Below, in pieces: positions 1 to 10,587 of a stretch of DNA of 64,000 nucleotides; the stretch's first letter is position 1; each line of letters starts with the position of its first letter. The position numbers and the translations under genes were made by a program. Source of the DNA: Vezdaea acicularis (taxonomy: Eukaryota); the NCBI GenBank assembly GCA_026025075.1, contig JAPEUI010000071.1, forward strand, positions 1 through 64,000, in the 5' to 3' direction. Below the pieces are notes generated by a model. That model searched no databases, was not told the origin of the DNA, and saw only the letters and a list, made by a program, of their open reading frames with translations.

Positions 1-284
1 AGTATTTCTATTCGGGGGGGGGGGGGCAAGCTTTTTACTGTTGTCAAGATTTTACTGCTGTGCAGTCAAGTGGGCTGATGATGTGATGATTAAATTGCAA
101 TGAAATAACTCTCTACATGGCTGCAGTACTCGCTGTTTATGACTATGATATCAAAGCTGAAGTCCGCCCAAAATGGTCAAGCGTCATGATCTGTCGCTAA
201 TACTGTCCTAACCTAATCGAGAAATATACAGACCCTCCAGAAGAGACATTTTATGTTGATATCTATCAAACACAACCCTTAACA

Positions 285-1811
285 ATGATACTACGATATC
301 CCCCCCGAAGGGTCACTTTTCTTTCACGATCAGATTCAATATGTTTTGGATGCCTGCTACGGCAAGCTCGGCCGCGATTACGACCTCAAAGACAGGCCCT
401 CTCAACCACAGCTCGAGCCCAGCAGACGTTAGCGGAAGCGCCCTCTCAGGACGGCCTCTTCAAGAAGAAATACTTTTCCGCCAACGGCGTATATGGCTTT
501 AGAGGGGACGTAGAAAGAAGCTCTGGGGAGACGTTGGCGAAGAAAGCGGATAGTTCAATCGTCACACAAGCCTCAAACCTATCGACCACTGCTACCACAA
601 TCGAAGACGTATCTCCCCCACGACCAATACCACCAGTCGAGGCATCGACTGGGCTACCCCCTCCTGCTCGTCCCCGAAGACGTAGATTAAACCCCGAAGA
701 TGATCTCTCGAACCCAGCCGTCCTTCCAGACGCTTCTTCCCGCCTGAGCGCGCTCTCGCAACAGGCTGCCCCGGGCACACTTAAGCGTACGCTCGCAGCC
801 TACCTCTCCCTCACCAAACCGCGACTCACCTTCCTCATGGTCCTCACGGCCACAGCCGCCTACTCCATCTACCCGACTCCTTCTCTCCTCCTGCCCACCG
901 TTACCGACGCTCCCAGCCTTAGCACTCTAACCCTCTTGTTCCTTACGGCCGGCACCGGCCTTGCCTCCGCAAGCGCCAATACCCTGAACATGCTCTTCGA
1001 ACCTACTCACGATGCAAAAATGTCTCGTACCCGCAATCGCCCTCTCGTCCGCGGCCTCCTTGGCAAGCGTGCCGCCGCCCTCTTTGCAGCCGCTACTGCA
1101 GCCCTAGGCGTCGGCGCACTATACTTTGGCACGAACCCCACCGTCGCCGGTCTAGGCGCGCTAAATATCGGGCTCTACGCTTTCATCTACACGCCCCTAA
1201 AACGGCTCTCCGTGATAAACACATGGGTGGGCGCTCTCGTCGGCGGGATCCCTCCTCTGATGGGCTGGGCAGCCGCAGCAGGCCAGTCCGCCAGCCACGG
1301 CGGGACATGGCGCGAGCTGCTGATAGATGGGAAGGAGAGCGCTGGCGGGTGGCTGCTTGCCGCGCTACTTTTCTCATGGCAATTCCCGCACTTCAACAGT
1401 CTAAGCTGGGGCATCAGAGAGGAGTATAAGAACGCCGGATACCGCATGCTCTGCTGGGTGAACCCGCGGATGAACGCGCGCGTCGCGCTCCGGTACAGCA
1501 TCCTCCTCTTTCCCATCTGTGGCGGGCTCTGGTGGGTCGGCGTCGTGGATCAGGGATTCCTCCTGACCAGCTCGGTGGCGAATGCATGGTTTGCGAGGGA
1601 GGCGTGGAGGTTCTATAGGAATCAGGGCGGTAGGGGAAGTGCAAGAGCGCTGTTCTGGGTCAGCGTTTGGCATTTACCGGTTTTGCTCGTGTTGGCCATG
1701 GTGCAGAAGAAAGGGCTTTGGGAGAGGGTGTGGAGGGCAGCTGTGGGTGGGGAGGTTGAGGAGGAAGAGGATGAGGAGGAGTTGGAGAGGGCGGTGGAGA
1801 CGGGAGTATAG
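285..1811 (+). CDS. COX10: Protoheme IX farnesyltransferase (heme O synthase), mitochondrial
   Basis: Single 508-aa ORF with UbiA-family motifs [38 protein letters not shown] and WQFPHF; Arg/Ser-rich N-terminal presequence. Confidence 0.95.
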   Translation: MILRYPPRRVTFLSRSDSICFGCLLRQARPRLRPQRQALSTTARAQQTLAEAPSQDGLFKKKYFSANGVYGFRGDVERSSGETLAKKADSSIVTQASNLSTTATTIEDVSPPRPIPPVEASTGLPPPARPRRRRLNPEDDLSNPAVLPDASSRLSALSQQAAPGTLKRTLAAYLSLTKPRLTFLMVLTATAAYSIYPTPSLLLPTVTDAPSLSTLTLLFLTAGTGLASASANTLNMLFEPTHDAKMSRTRNRPLVRGLLGKRAAALFAAATAALGVGALYFGTNPTVAGLGALNIGLYAFIYTPLKRLSVINTWVGALVGGIPPLMGWAAAAGQSASHGGTWRELLIDGKESAGGWLLAALLFSWQFPHFNSLSWGIREEYKNAGYRMLCWVNPRMNARVALRYSILLFPICGGLWWVGVVDQGFLLTSSVANAWFAREAWRFYRNQGGRGSARALFWVSVWHLPVLLVLAMVQKKGLWERVWRAAVGGEVEEEEDEEELERAVETGV

Positions 1812-2465
1812 GCCGGAGTTACTGTACGAGTAGAGTTCATAGAGGCAATTCATCGTCTTCAGTTGTAGATATTATAGCAAGAGCTACAAAGTAAAATCGT
1901 CTGGCCTAGCTATAGCTACAGTAGAGGGTTGTAAGTGTTGTACGTTCGCGAATTTGTGCCTCCCATTTTAATCATTCCCTAAGCATGGCGAACAACGAAT
2001 TCATGTGTAGGAAACCTAGCTCACAGATTACCTGGGAGGTCTTCGATATATCAATTCAATAAATGCCTCATCGAGTGGAGGCAGTTCTTAATTCTTGGGT
2101 GTTATACCATATGTTAGCGGTCTCGTAAATGTACAACACTTACGACCACCCACTGGATATATTTCAAGTGACAGCGCGCAAAGTAGACTAAATTTTGACC
2201 GCCAGCCCAGGGTTGGTTGCAAGCGCGCCCTTAAGAGGCCTGGGGGGTGGTATCTAACAAAGGATACCCTGTAAGCGGGAAGTGTTAGCATGAAAGAAAG
2301 ACTCGAGGCTACAGACAAAGAAAGGCAAAGAATGAAAGGCCACAAGCTGTTGACTTACAAAAAGACCTCCAGATTACATCAATGTAATTTGGACTTACAG
2401 AGAAACAAATCGCTTTGGTCTTGGGATTTGAGTTAGTACTGTGGGATCCCTATCATAGCATAATA

Positions 2466-3604
2466 GTCTCCAGACGTAATGTAATAGTCAGAATAGTACG
2501 GAGCTTCTCAGACGTTTTGTAGCTCTCCAGACGTAGTCAAATAATCAAGATCACATGAAACTCTCTATGCTTTATAGAGCTCTCCAGACGTAATGAAACA
2601 ATAAAAATAACTTAAGATTCCTCATGCGTTATCGAGTTTTCCCAGCGTAATCGAAATCTCCATACGTAACCAAATTCTCTAGACGTAATGCAACAATCAA
2701 AGTAACGTAAGACTCCCCATACGTAATAAAGCTTCCCAGACGTAATAAAATAATTAAAATCACATGGAACTCCCCATACGTTATAGAGTTCTCCTGGCGT
2801 AATATAACAGTCATAATCTCGTGGAACTCCTCGTACGTAATGAAGCTCTCCAAACGTAATAATATAAGTAAAATAGCATGAAACTCCCCATACGTTATGG
2901 AGCTTTTGAGACGTAATAAAATAATCAGGATAACACGAAACTCCTCAGACGTTGTTGAATTCTCCAAACGTAATGAAATAACCAAAATGACGTGAAAGTC
3001 CGCAGATGTTATAGATTTCTCCAAACGTAATGAAATGATCAAAATGACGTGAAACTCCTCATACTTTATGAAAATCTCCAGACGTAATAAAATAATTGAA
3101 ATGACGTGAAACTCCTCATTCGTTATGGAGTTCTCCCAACGTAATGAATTGTTTAACATCACATAAAACTACCTGTACGTAATAAACCTCTCTAGACGTA
3201 ATAAAGTAATAAAAATGATGCAAAACTCATCATACGTTATGAAATTCTCCAGACGTAATGTAATAGCAAAAGTAGTTTGAAACTCCTCATACGTAATAGA
3301 GCTCCCCAGGCGTAATGTAGCAGTCAAAGTAGTAAAATCTCCTCATACGTAATGGAGTTCTCCAGACGTAATGCAAGAGTAAGAGTAGCGTGGAAATCCT
3401 CATACGTAATGAAATTCTCCAAACGTAATCTAACAATCAAAGTAAAGTGAGACTCCTCAGACGTAACAGAGCTCTCCCGATGTAATATAGCAGTCAAAGT
3501 AGTAGAAAATTCCTCATACGTAATGAGAGTCTCTAGACGTAATGCAATGATTAAAGTGATATGAGACTCCCCATGCGTCGTGGAGCTCTCCAGACGTAAT
3601 AAAA
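2466..3604. repeat. Tandem array of 21 units of a 57-bp repeat made of three 19-bp monomers (A-B-C)
   Basis: CTCCAGACGTAAT-like core recurs at 2468, 2525, 2582, 2639, 2677, 2734 ... 3304, 3360 ... 3588. Period is 57 except one 38-bp and one 56-bp unit. Consensus A TTCTCCAGACGTAATGAAA, B TAATCAAAATGACGTGAAA, C CTCCTCATACGTAATGGAG. Confidence 0.95.
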
Positions 3605-3911
3605 CATACGCAGTATATACGGGCAAGGACGTTCGTGTAAGCCTCCAGTATCTATATGGAGACCACATAGCACGTACAGAACAGAATGGCTCTATTCTCC
3701 ATGCGAGAACAGCATAAAGAGAAAAATGATATCTAAATCCTTCCGCAAGAGGCATTTAGTTCAACTACTTGGTTTACAGTACTACAAGGAAAGATAAATG
3801 CATCCACTGCGAATGGATACAATTCAAGGCAAGTAAATGGAAAGAGGAACAATTTATTCTCATTGCAAAACTAATTCTTCCAGGCTCAATCTATCCTACA
3901 CAACCATGAGA

Positions 3912-4012
3912 GTCTCCAGATTACATGAGTACGATGCTCTATCGACCGCTAACAACACAGCATAACTGGCATTAGCGAGCGTCAGACCACCACACTCATG
4001 CAATCTGGAGAC
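3912..4012 (-). repeat. 19-bp inverted repeat (hairpin with 63-nt loop) overlapping the orphan gene stop codon
   Basis: GTCTCCAGATTACATGAGT (3912-3930) vs ACTCATGCAATCTGGAGAC (3994-4012): 18/19 complementary; the single mismatch is a G-U pair in minus-strand RNA. Confidence 0.85.
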
Positions 4013-5122
4013 CTCCATTACCGTTTGCCTGCTGGTTGAGCCCTAAAAGCGGACCAAGGTTAGCAGATGAAGGATATATATATGGGAGAGACCAGCTTAC
4101 ATGAAGCAGGAAATTGTGCCTTCTTGAGCGTGCCATCTGCGCGGCATTGCGCCACCATTTGTGGAATAGTCAACCACATACGCTTGCTGGGAGCAGTTCT
4201 GGTAGCCTTGCGAACGGTGAAAAATCCCTTTCGTTTCCAGGAATTCGCTTGGTTTCGTACGGCAGCTTTGATCTTGATATTCAGCTCTGCCTGGAGGTAG
4301 GCAGGCATCGTGGTAACACAAAGATCTTCGAGCAACTGCCGATAGTTTTCATTTGCAGATTCTTCCGTCGCATGAGGGCCACCTTGATCTACGTGGCTGA
4401 CCTGATCGTGTGTATAAATCCAGATTTTGATCATTTGCTTCTCTCGGCTAGGAAGCTTGAATTTACGATTACCTCTGGATGAGTTGAGAGCCGCCAATAG
4501 TTGCGCGTTGGTCATACCTGACCAAGTTTGGGGGCTACGCCAGGTTGGAGGGATGCCTTGGGTGCGGGCAACAATTCCTTTCAATTCCTCAAACGTTCCA
4601 ACATCAGCAATGACTGGGCTGTTTTTGGATCAGTGTTGATACACTGACACTTTCTAAGGAAATGCACTTACGCGGTGGCGAGGCTTGGTGGGCCATCAAA
4701 TTGGAGAAGCTCAAACGGAGTAGTTGCAGTTGGTGATGGGCTTGGAGATGCCATCATATCACCACAAGCCGCAAGTAGGATATCAGCCATCTGCTCGACG
4801 GTAGTTGACGATGAAGGCGTCGGAGTAATAGCCTTGTCACTATTCACAATCTTATTAGTAGCTCGATCAACACTAGATGGCGACATGAATGCCGGGCCAG
4901 GCTTTTTGTCCTTGACAGCAGAGGCTAGTGAGGAACGTTAGAAGATCTAAAAGATAACCCTAACATTGACAACGTACCCTTCTTCTTATTAGTGGCTGCT
5001 TTTGTTGCTAGAATTGGCACTGGAGCGCGTTTGGCACCGCTCCTAGTACGAGACATTCTTCTAGGCGGAGTTGCTAGAACTGGCACTGGAGGCCACTTGG
5101 TACCTCTTTTAGTGCGTGACAT
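3996..5122 (-). CDS. Orphan 4-exon gene, ~320-aa basic protein of unknown function
   Basis: Exons 5122-4978, 4924-4672, 4618-4101, 4042-3996. Donors GTACGT/GTAAGT/GTAAGC, branch sites CTAAC/CTGAT/CTAAC, acceptors TAG/CAG/TAG. All three junctions keep the frame and join ORF-track pieces 4925-5122, 4668-4886 and 4060-4584 into 963 nt. Confidence 0.8.
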
Positions 5123-5928
5123 ACTTCCAGGCGGGGTGGGGGCTTCTAGGAGATCTTAGGGTGACTAGTTCTCTTAGAACTATAGGCTTTGTTCTTAGAT
5201 CCTAAGAACAAACACAAAGGAGACACCTGAGTTGAGATCCTAGCTCAGGAGGTCGGTGGCTTTGTTAGGAGTAAGGAGCAAAGAAGAAGGGACAAATCTT
5301 TTGATGATCCAAGGAAAGGTGAACGTTGAGTGCGGGCAATCGACTCGACAATACGCGAAGAGCAGTCACAACACTTTCGCTTCGCGCTAAGGGGTTCATA
5401 ACAATCATGGCTGTGTTGAAGTGCGGTTTGATCCGGCTAAGTCAAACGGATACACACGGGAATCAAAAGCCCCACTCTTACCAGCAGAAAGCGGCAGGTT
5501 GACTGCCAAAAGCCCCCTCTCTGTCTTTGAGCCTCGAACTTGTACGACTCCTTTTTGCAGACACCATGCTAGCGCCTCAAAGGTAGACTGTGCAAGATGC
5601 TTGAGACTGAGAAGAACAGGCCTTGCATAAGTCCAGCATATTTGGTGGTGAGAATAGATCCCAGAGCCGCCACGTGTGGTCATGCTTGATATACACAGCT
5701 GCTGACCAGTCTCAAGTTCTTGTTTAGGAAAAGACATCCTTTAGGCTCCCGTAATATAGATGCCCGAAGTTGGTGCGACACATGCACCTAGGATTTATCT
5801 TGGTCTCACCAGTCATATTCTCGATCGATGTTCGGCACGCCATACCTTTCCAATGCTTGAAATTCTATTCATATAGCTCCTTAACGCTTCCTCTCAAAGT
5901 ACCCGCTTGACCCCATTATGGCCACACT

Positions 5929-6556
5929 TTGGTCCATAACCCATTCACCGATACCCAAATAGCTGTCGACCCATTTTTTTATCTCTTTATTCTCTGTGAC
6001 TTTCTCGGTCTGGACGCTGGGGCTATGGTCCCAGGAGATGGGAATCGTCAGCAAATCTCTTCTCGAATTCTCAGATGCTACAAAGCTTCAAGGAATATGG
6101 ATGCTTTGATAGAAGCGGCAGGTGAATTTACGTTAGACCGGTTGACCGTTTGACGCCTGCTAAGAATGCCGAAACTGGAATAAGTCAGCTTACAGAACCT
6201 CAACTCAAAGGGGAAGATTACGGACGTAGCACAGCATCAAATGCATAATGAGTCAATCTTCCGAGCTTTTTCAGAATCCAAACAGTCAGTATGCTGAGCA
6301 ACTACGTGGCTTAAGCCGGAGCGCATTTGTGAAGGCTGTGGCAACTCACCACCATTTTGATACGCGCAAAGGCCCAACGGGTCTTGCAGGAAGTGCTTCG
6401 ATTTTGAAATGGGCTCTACGAGGGGAAGTAGACAGCTGCTATGTCCCTCTAGTCAATGCCTTGATAGCCTTTGAGATGAATGTACTTGTCGACAAAGCGT
6501 TAGTTGACCCGTATGTCCAGGCGCTTAGCGCGCACGTGAGCGCCAGAGCTCCCTAG
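5929..6556 (+). pseudogene. Possible interrupted orphan gene (5' end unresolved)
   Basis: ORF 5929-6121 joins ORF 6248-6556 in frame via a putative 43-nt intron (6122-6164, GTGAAT..AAG), with one in-frame TAG at 6227-6229. No family recognised. Confidence 0.3.
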
Positions 6557-7046
6557 ACAAAGAGCCCCGCGCTTGCAAAGCCATATGAAGCCTAGCGTGA
6601 GATTCGATAACAGCCCGTGGTTCAACTGGTTCGGTAAGAAGCTCCCGCGGAAAGTCGCGCCCGAAATTCCTGTTGGGCAGTTTAAGGCTCTCGAAATGTG
6701 TGGAGGGGTTCGCTAGGTGTTGTGGTGAGCTGAACGTCATCCAAGACAACAGTGCCCAAATAATTGCTTCTTCACAACCTCCGGAGAAATTTTGAGGTCA
6801 CGCTCGAGGGCCTTTTTACTTCGTTTTTCAATTCCTGAGTCATATTAAGAGCTTCCGCAGTGCGAGCCTTTGAGTCGGTAAGTCTCAGGTCTTCTCTCTT
6901 GCCCCGCTCAAGATTGAAAGCTCTGTAGCTTGAGCAATATAATTTTCACATCTCGTTACCCCGCAATCCCGTCTCTGACTGCAAGTCCAGCATCGATAAA
7001 ATCCCGAGAGCCATTGAGCATCGTACTTCACTGTCGATTAGATATC

Positions 7047-9096
7047 ATGGCTTCTTCGCAAGACCAATTGTCCAGCCGGACCCGGCATGAATGGCTGGCA
7101 AACCTAAACACGGAATACCGGCCAGCAAAGAATTACAGGAGAACGTCCATCATTGGCACCATTGGTAAGTTTAAATATCTTACATAGAAACATCTGGCAG
7201 TTACGACCTCTGTAGGGACTAGGCTGACATTCCTCAAAGGTCCCAAGACAAATTCTGTGGAGAAGATCAACATGCTTCGCAAGGGTAGGCGAGCTACACT
7301 CTGCTGTCAAAAGCGCCTCTAATGGCTCTGATAGCTGGTCTCAACATTGTCCGAATGAACTTCTCGCATGGCTCATATGAGGTTTTTATCTCGCCCCAAC
7401 ATCGAGAGGGTGACTATACTAAATTAGCTTAGTATCATCAATCCGTTGTCGACAATGCGAAAGAGGCGGAGCGAACCCAGGAAGGTCGCCCGCTTGCTGT
7501 TGCCCTCGATACTGTGTGTGATTCGAACTCCTACCAGGTTATATACTTTCAGCTGACATTATGGCAACCTTAGAAAGGGCCAGAAATCCGTACTGGTAAT
7601 ACTGTCAACGATGATGATATTCCTATTGCTGCTGGTGCCGAGCTGAACATCACGACTGACGAGAAATACGCGACGGCTTGTGACGACAAGAATATGTAAG
7701 TCCAAAGGCCTTCTAGTTATACCACCATGCCTAGTCACACCTTCAGCTACTGACGAATGATCTCAACAAGGTACGTTGACTACAAGAACATTACCAAAGT
7801 TATCGAAAAGGGGCGAATAGTCTACGTCGATGATGGTGTTCTGTCATTTGAGGTCCTTGAGATCGTTGACGAAAAGACTCTACGTGTACGATGTTTGAAC
7901 AATGGCAAAATCTCCTCCAAGAAGGGTGTCAATCTCCCAAAGACAGATATCGATCTTCCAGCATTGTCAGAAAAGGACCAGAAAGATCTAAGGTTTGGTG
8001 TGAAGAATAAGGTCGACATGGTCTTCGCGTCCTTCATCCGACGAGGTAGTGACATCCGCCACATTCGACAGGTTCTGGGTGAAGATGGTAAACAGATTCA
8101 GATTATCGCGAAGATTGAGAATCAGCAAGGTGTAAACAACTTTGACGAAATTCTTAAGGAGACCGATGGCGTTATGGTTGCTCGTGGAGATCTTGGTATC
8201 GAAATCCCGCCAGCACAAGTGTTCATCGCGCAAAAGATGATGATCACCAAGTGCAACCTCGCCGGCAAGCCAGCAATCTGTGCGACGCAAATGTTGGAGT
8301 CGATGACCTACAATCCACGACCTACCCGAGCCGAAGTCAGTGATGTTGGGAATGCAGTGCTTGATGGAGCGGACTGCGTCATGCTGTCAGGCGAGACGGC
8401 AAAGGGCAACTATCCAAAAGAAGCTGTTACGATGATGCACGAGACTTGCCTGCTCGCCGAGGTCGCCATTCCATACGTGAGTCAGTTCGATGAGATGCGA
8501 AGCTTAGCTGCACGGCCAGTCGGTACAACGGAGAGTTGTGCTATGGCGGCCGTCAGTGCCAGTCTAGAACAGAATGCCGGCGCTATCTTGGTCTTGACCA
8601 TAAGGTTAGTAAATTCCTGATCAAGAGGTCGGAGCGCTGCTTATATTCCTCAGTGGGAGCACCGCTCGTCTGGTATCTAAATATCGTCCCGTCTGCCCTA
8701 TCCTCATGGTAACACGTAACCCGATTGCTTCTCGAGTAAGTCTGTCCCGATGTCACAGTTGCCGTCTGGAACTAGAACACTCATATTTCTTTAGTATTCC
8801 CATCTGTATCGTGGCGTCTACCCTTTCCACTTCCCCGAGGAGAAGCCAGATTTTACCAAAGCGGATTGGCAAGAAGACGTGGACGGCCGTATCAAGTGGG
8901 GTATTGCCCAAGCAATCAAGTTGGGTATCCTGAGCAAGGGCGACACCGTTGTCTGTGTTCAAGGATGGCGCGGAGGAGCAGGTCATACCAACACGTAGGC
9001 CACCTTTACGTCTCCTGAGTATTAGTATGCTAACATTTACGCTCTAGACTTCGTATCGTTCCTGCCGAGGATGATCTAGGGTTGAGGCGAAAGTAA
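7047..9096 (+). CDS. PYK1: Pyruvate kinase, 9 exons
   Basis: Motifs [66 protein letters not shown]. Introns 7165-7239, 7285-7334, 7382-7432, 7514-7573, 7696-7770, 8605-8653, 8736-8794, 8995-9047, all frame-preserving. Confidence 0.97.
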
Positions 9097-9625
9097 AAGA
9101 TCAAAGCTAAAGTGCTAGCGCGGATGAGCTAGGGATTATCGTGTGGAAAAGCTGGAGCGTGCGAATAGAAGCCATGGGAGCCGGTACTTTGTTGCACATG
9201 AGACTATTGAAGAAGAAAACTTCTTATTAGATAGGAACCTTAGCTGTTACTCAGCCCTCATGCTTGTGCTGCGAGAACTTCTAGTCACACATGATGTAGC
9301 CAAACTGGTGACCTGACCTCGCAATGTTCTCCTGGCTTGGTATATAAAGACTTTAGAATCGAAAGTATGTTCTATGGAAGCATGTGCAGAATGGGCGATT
9401 AGAAATGCAGAATATCCAAGACGTTCAGTCACTTAAGGGATATCGTAGCATAAGGTACCGAGGCTGTATGCGGATTTCGCCGAGAGAACGAGACGTTCCG
9501 AAGTTCCTCCACCATAATGCTTTGTGAGCTTGATATGAGAACACTTAACTCTACTAAATGATCGACCATGATCCTAAGGTACTATTCGCATTCAGTCAGC
9601 TAGAGCAAAAGTTGCTGCTAGAAAG

Positions 9626-10410
9626 ATGGCACCCCTCAATGCCGATAACATCAAAGCGCTTGAGCAAACGCGCCAGCGGCTCTTCCAGCTCAAGAACTCT
9701 CTAGGCACTCTACAAGAAAATCTCCAGAACGGCGACCCGTTGCCTCCATGGTCCGTTCCCCCCTCTTCCATAATTACCTCATGTAAATATCGGTGCCTAA
9801 CCCTAAGCCTAGGGTCTCCCTCCAATCGCTTGCAACAATCCTAGCCCAAAATCTTTCCGCCCTCTCCAAACACGTGAGCGCACATGCCGACCTGCTCGAC
9901 AGCACTGTCGTGTACCCTCTTCCACAATTCCCCGGCGCCACCGAAGCCGACCTATTGAGCCAACTCCTTCGCAAGAAACTCCAGCCCGGCGCTGAAGACT
10001 TTGTGGAGAAAGGGCGAGCAACAGGCGCAGAGCTACTGGCTAGTGGGACCGCCGAGCAGCTGAAGGAGCTTTGGCAATGGGCGGGCCCTAGCATAAACGC
10101 AGAGGCGCGGGCGAGGGAGTGGGACAGCGAATTTACGCTCGAGGAAAAGGAATCGGGGACTAGTAACGTAGTCACGGGCTTGAAGAGGTCGCTGGAAGAG
10201 AGTAGCGATGAAGAGGATGAAGATGAGGATGAGGAGATGGGGGATGCGCCCAAGGCGGGGGAGATGAGTGTTGTAGGTGTGAGAAGGAAGGATAGTCAAG
10301 CTGGGCTGGAATTTGAAGTCGCTGAGGCAAAGAGAGATGCGCGAGGGCCCGAGCCGCTGACGTTGGAGCAAGTCCTTAGGTTTTCATGCACAGGCATCGA
10401 CAAGAGGTAG
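9626..10410 (+). CDS. MED8: Mediator subunit 8
   Basis: KALEQTRQRL...PLPPW|VSLQS...VYPLPQFPG...LLSQLLRKKL motif set; intron 9751-9812. Confidence 0.9.
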
Positions 10411-10587
10411 AAGCCGGGAAGTGCCTCAAAGTGTTTTACAAGGAGCAAGGCGCGGCATTGAGCATAGAAGCGATGAATTAGATCTTCAATTATTTGCATG
10501 GTCCCTTGGCTGCTCAAGTAGAGTAGCGCAAGCCCCAATATACAACAAACGCGACTGACAATGAGGGTACTTGACCCGTAAACATAA

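Noticed and set aside
14..26. G13 homopolymer
   Set aside because: Simple repeat at the window edge; no further context.
2466..3604. CRISPR array
   Set aside because: Eukaryotic context, no cas genes, the repeats are degenerate, and the 19-bp spacers are clearly related to one another.
4954..4964. TAACCCTAAC telomere-like or telomerase-template-like motif (similar at 9797)
   Set aside because: Under two repeats long and both lie inside introns (the one at 9797 overlaps a branch site); chance.
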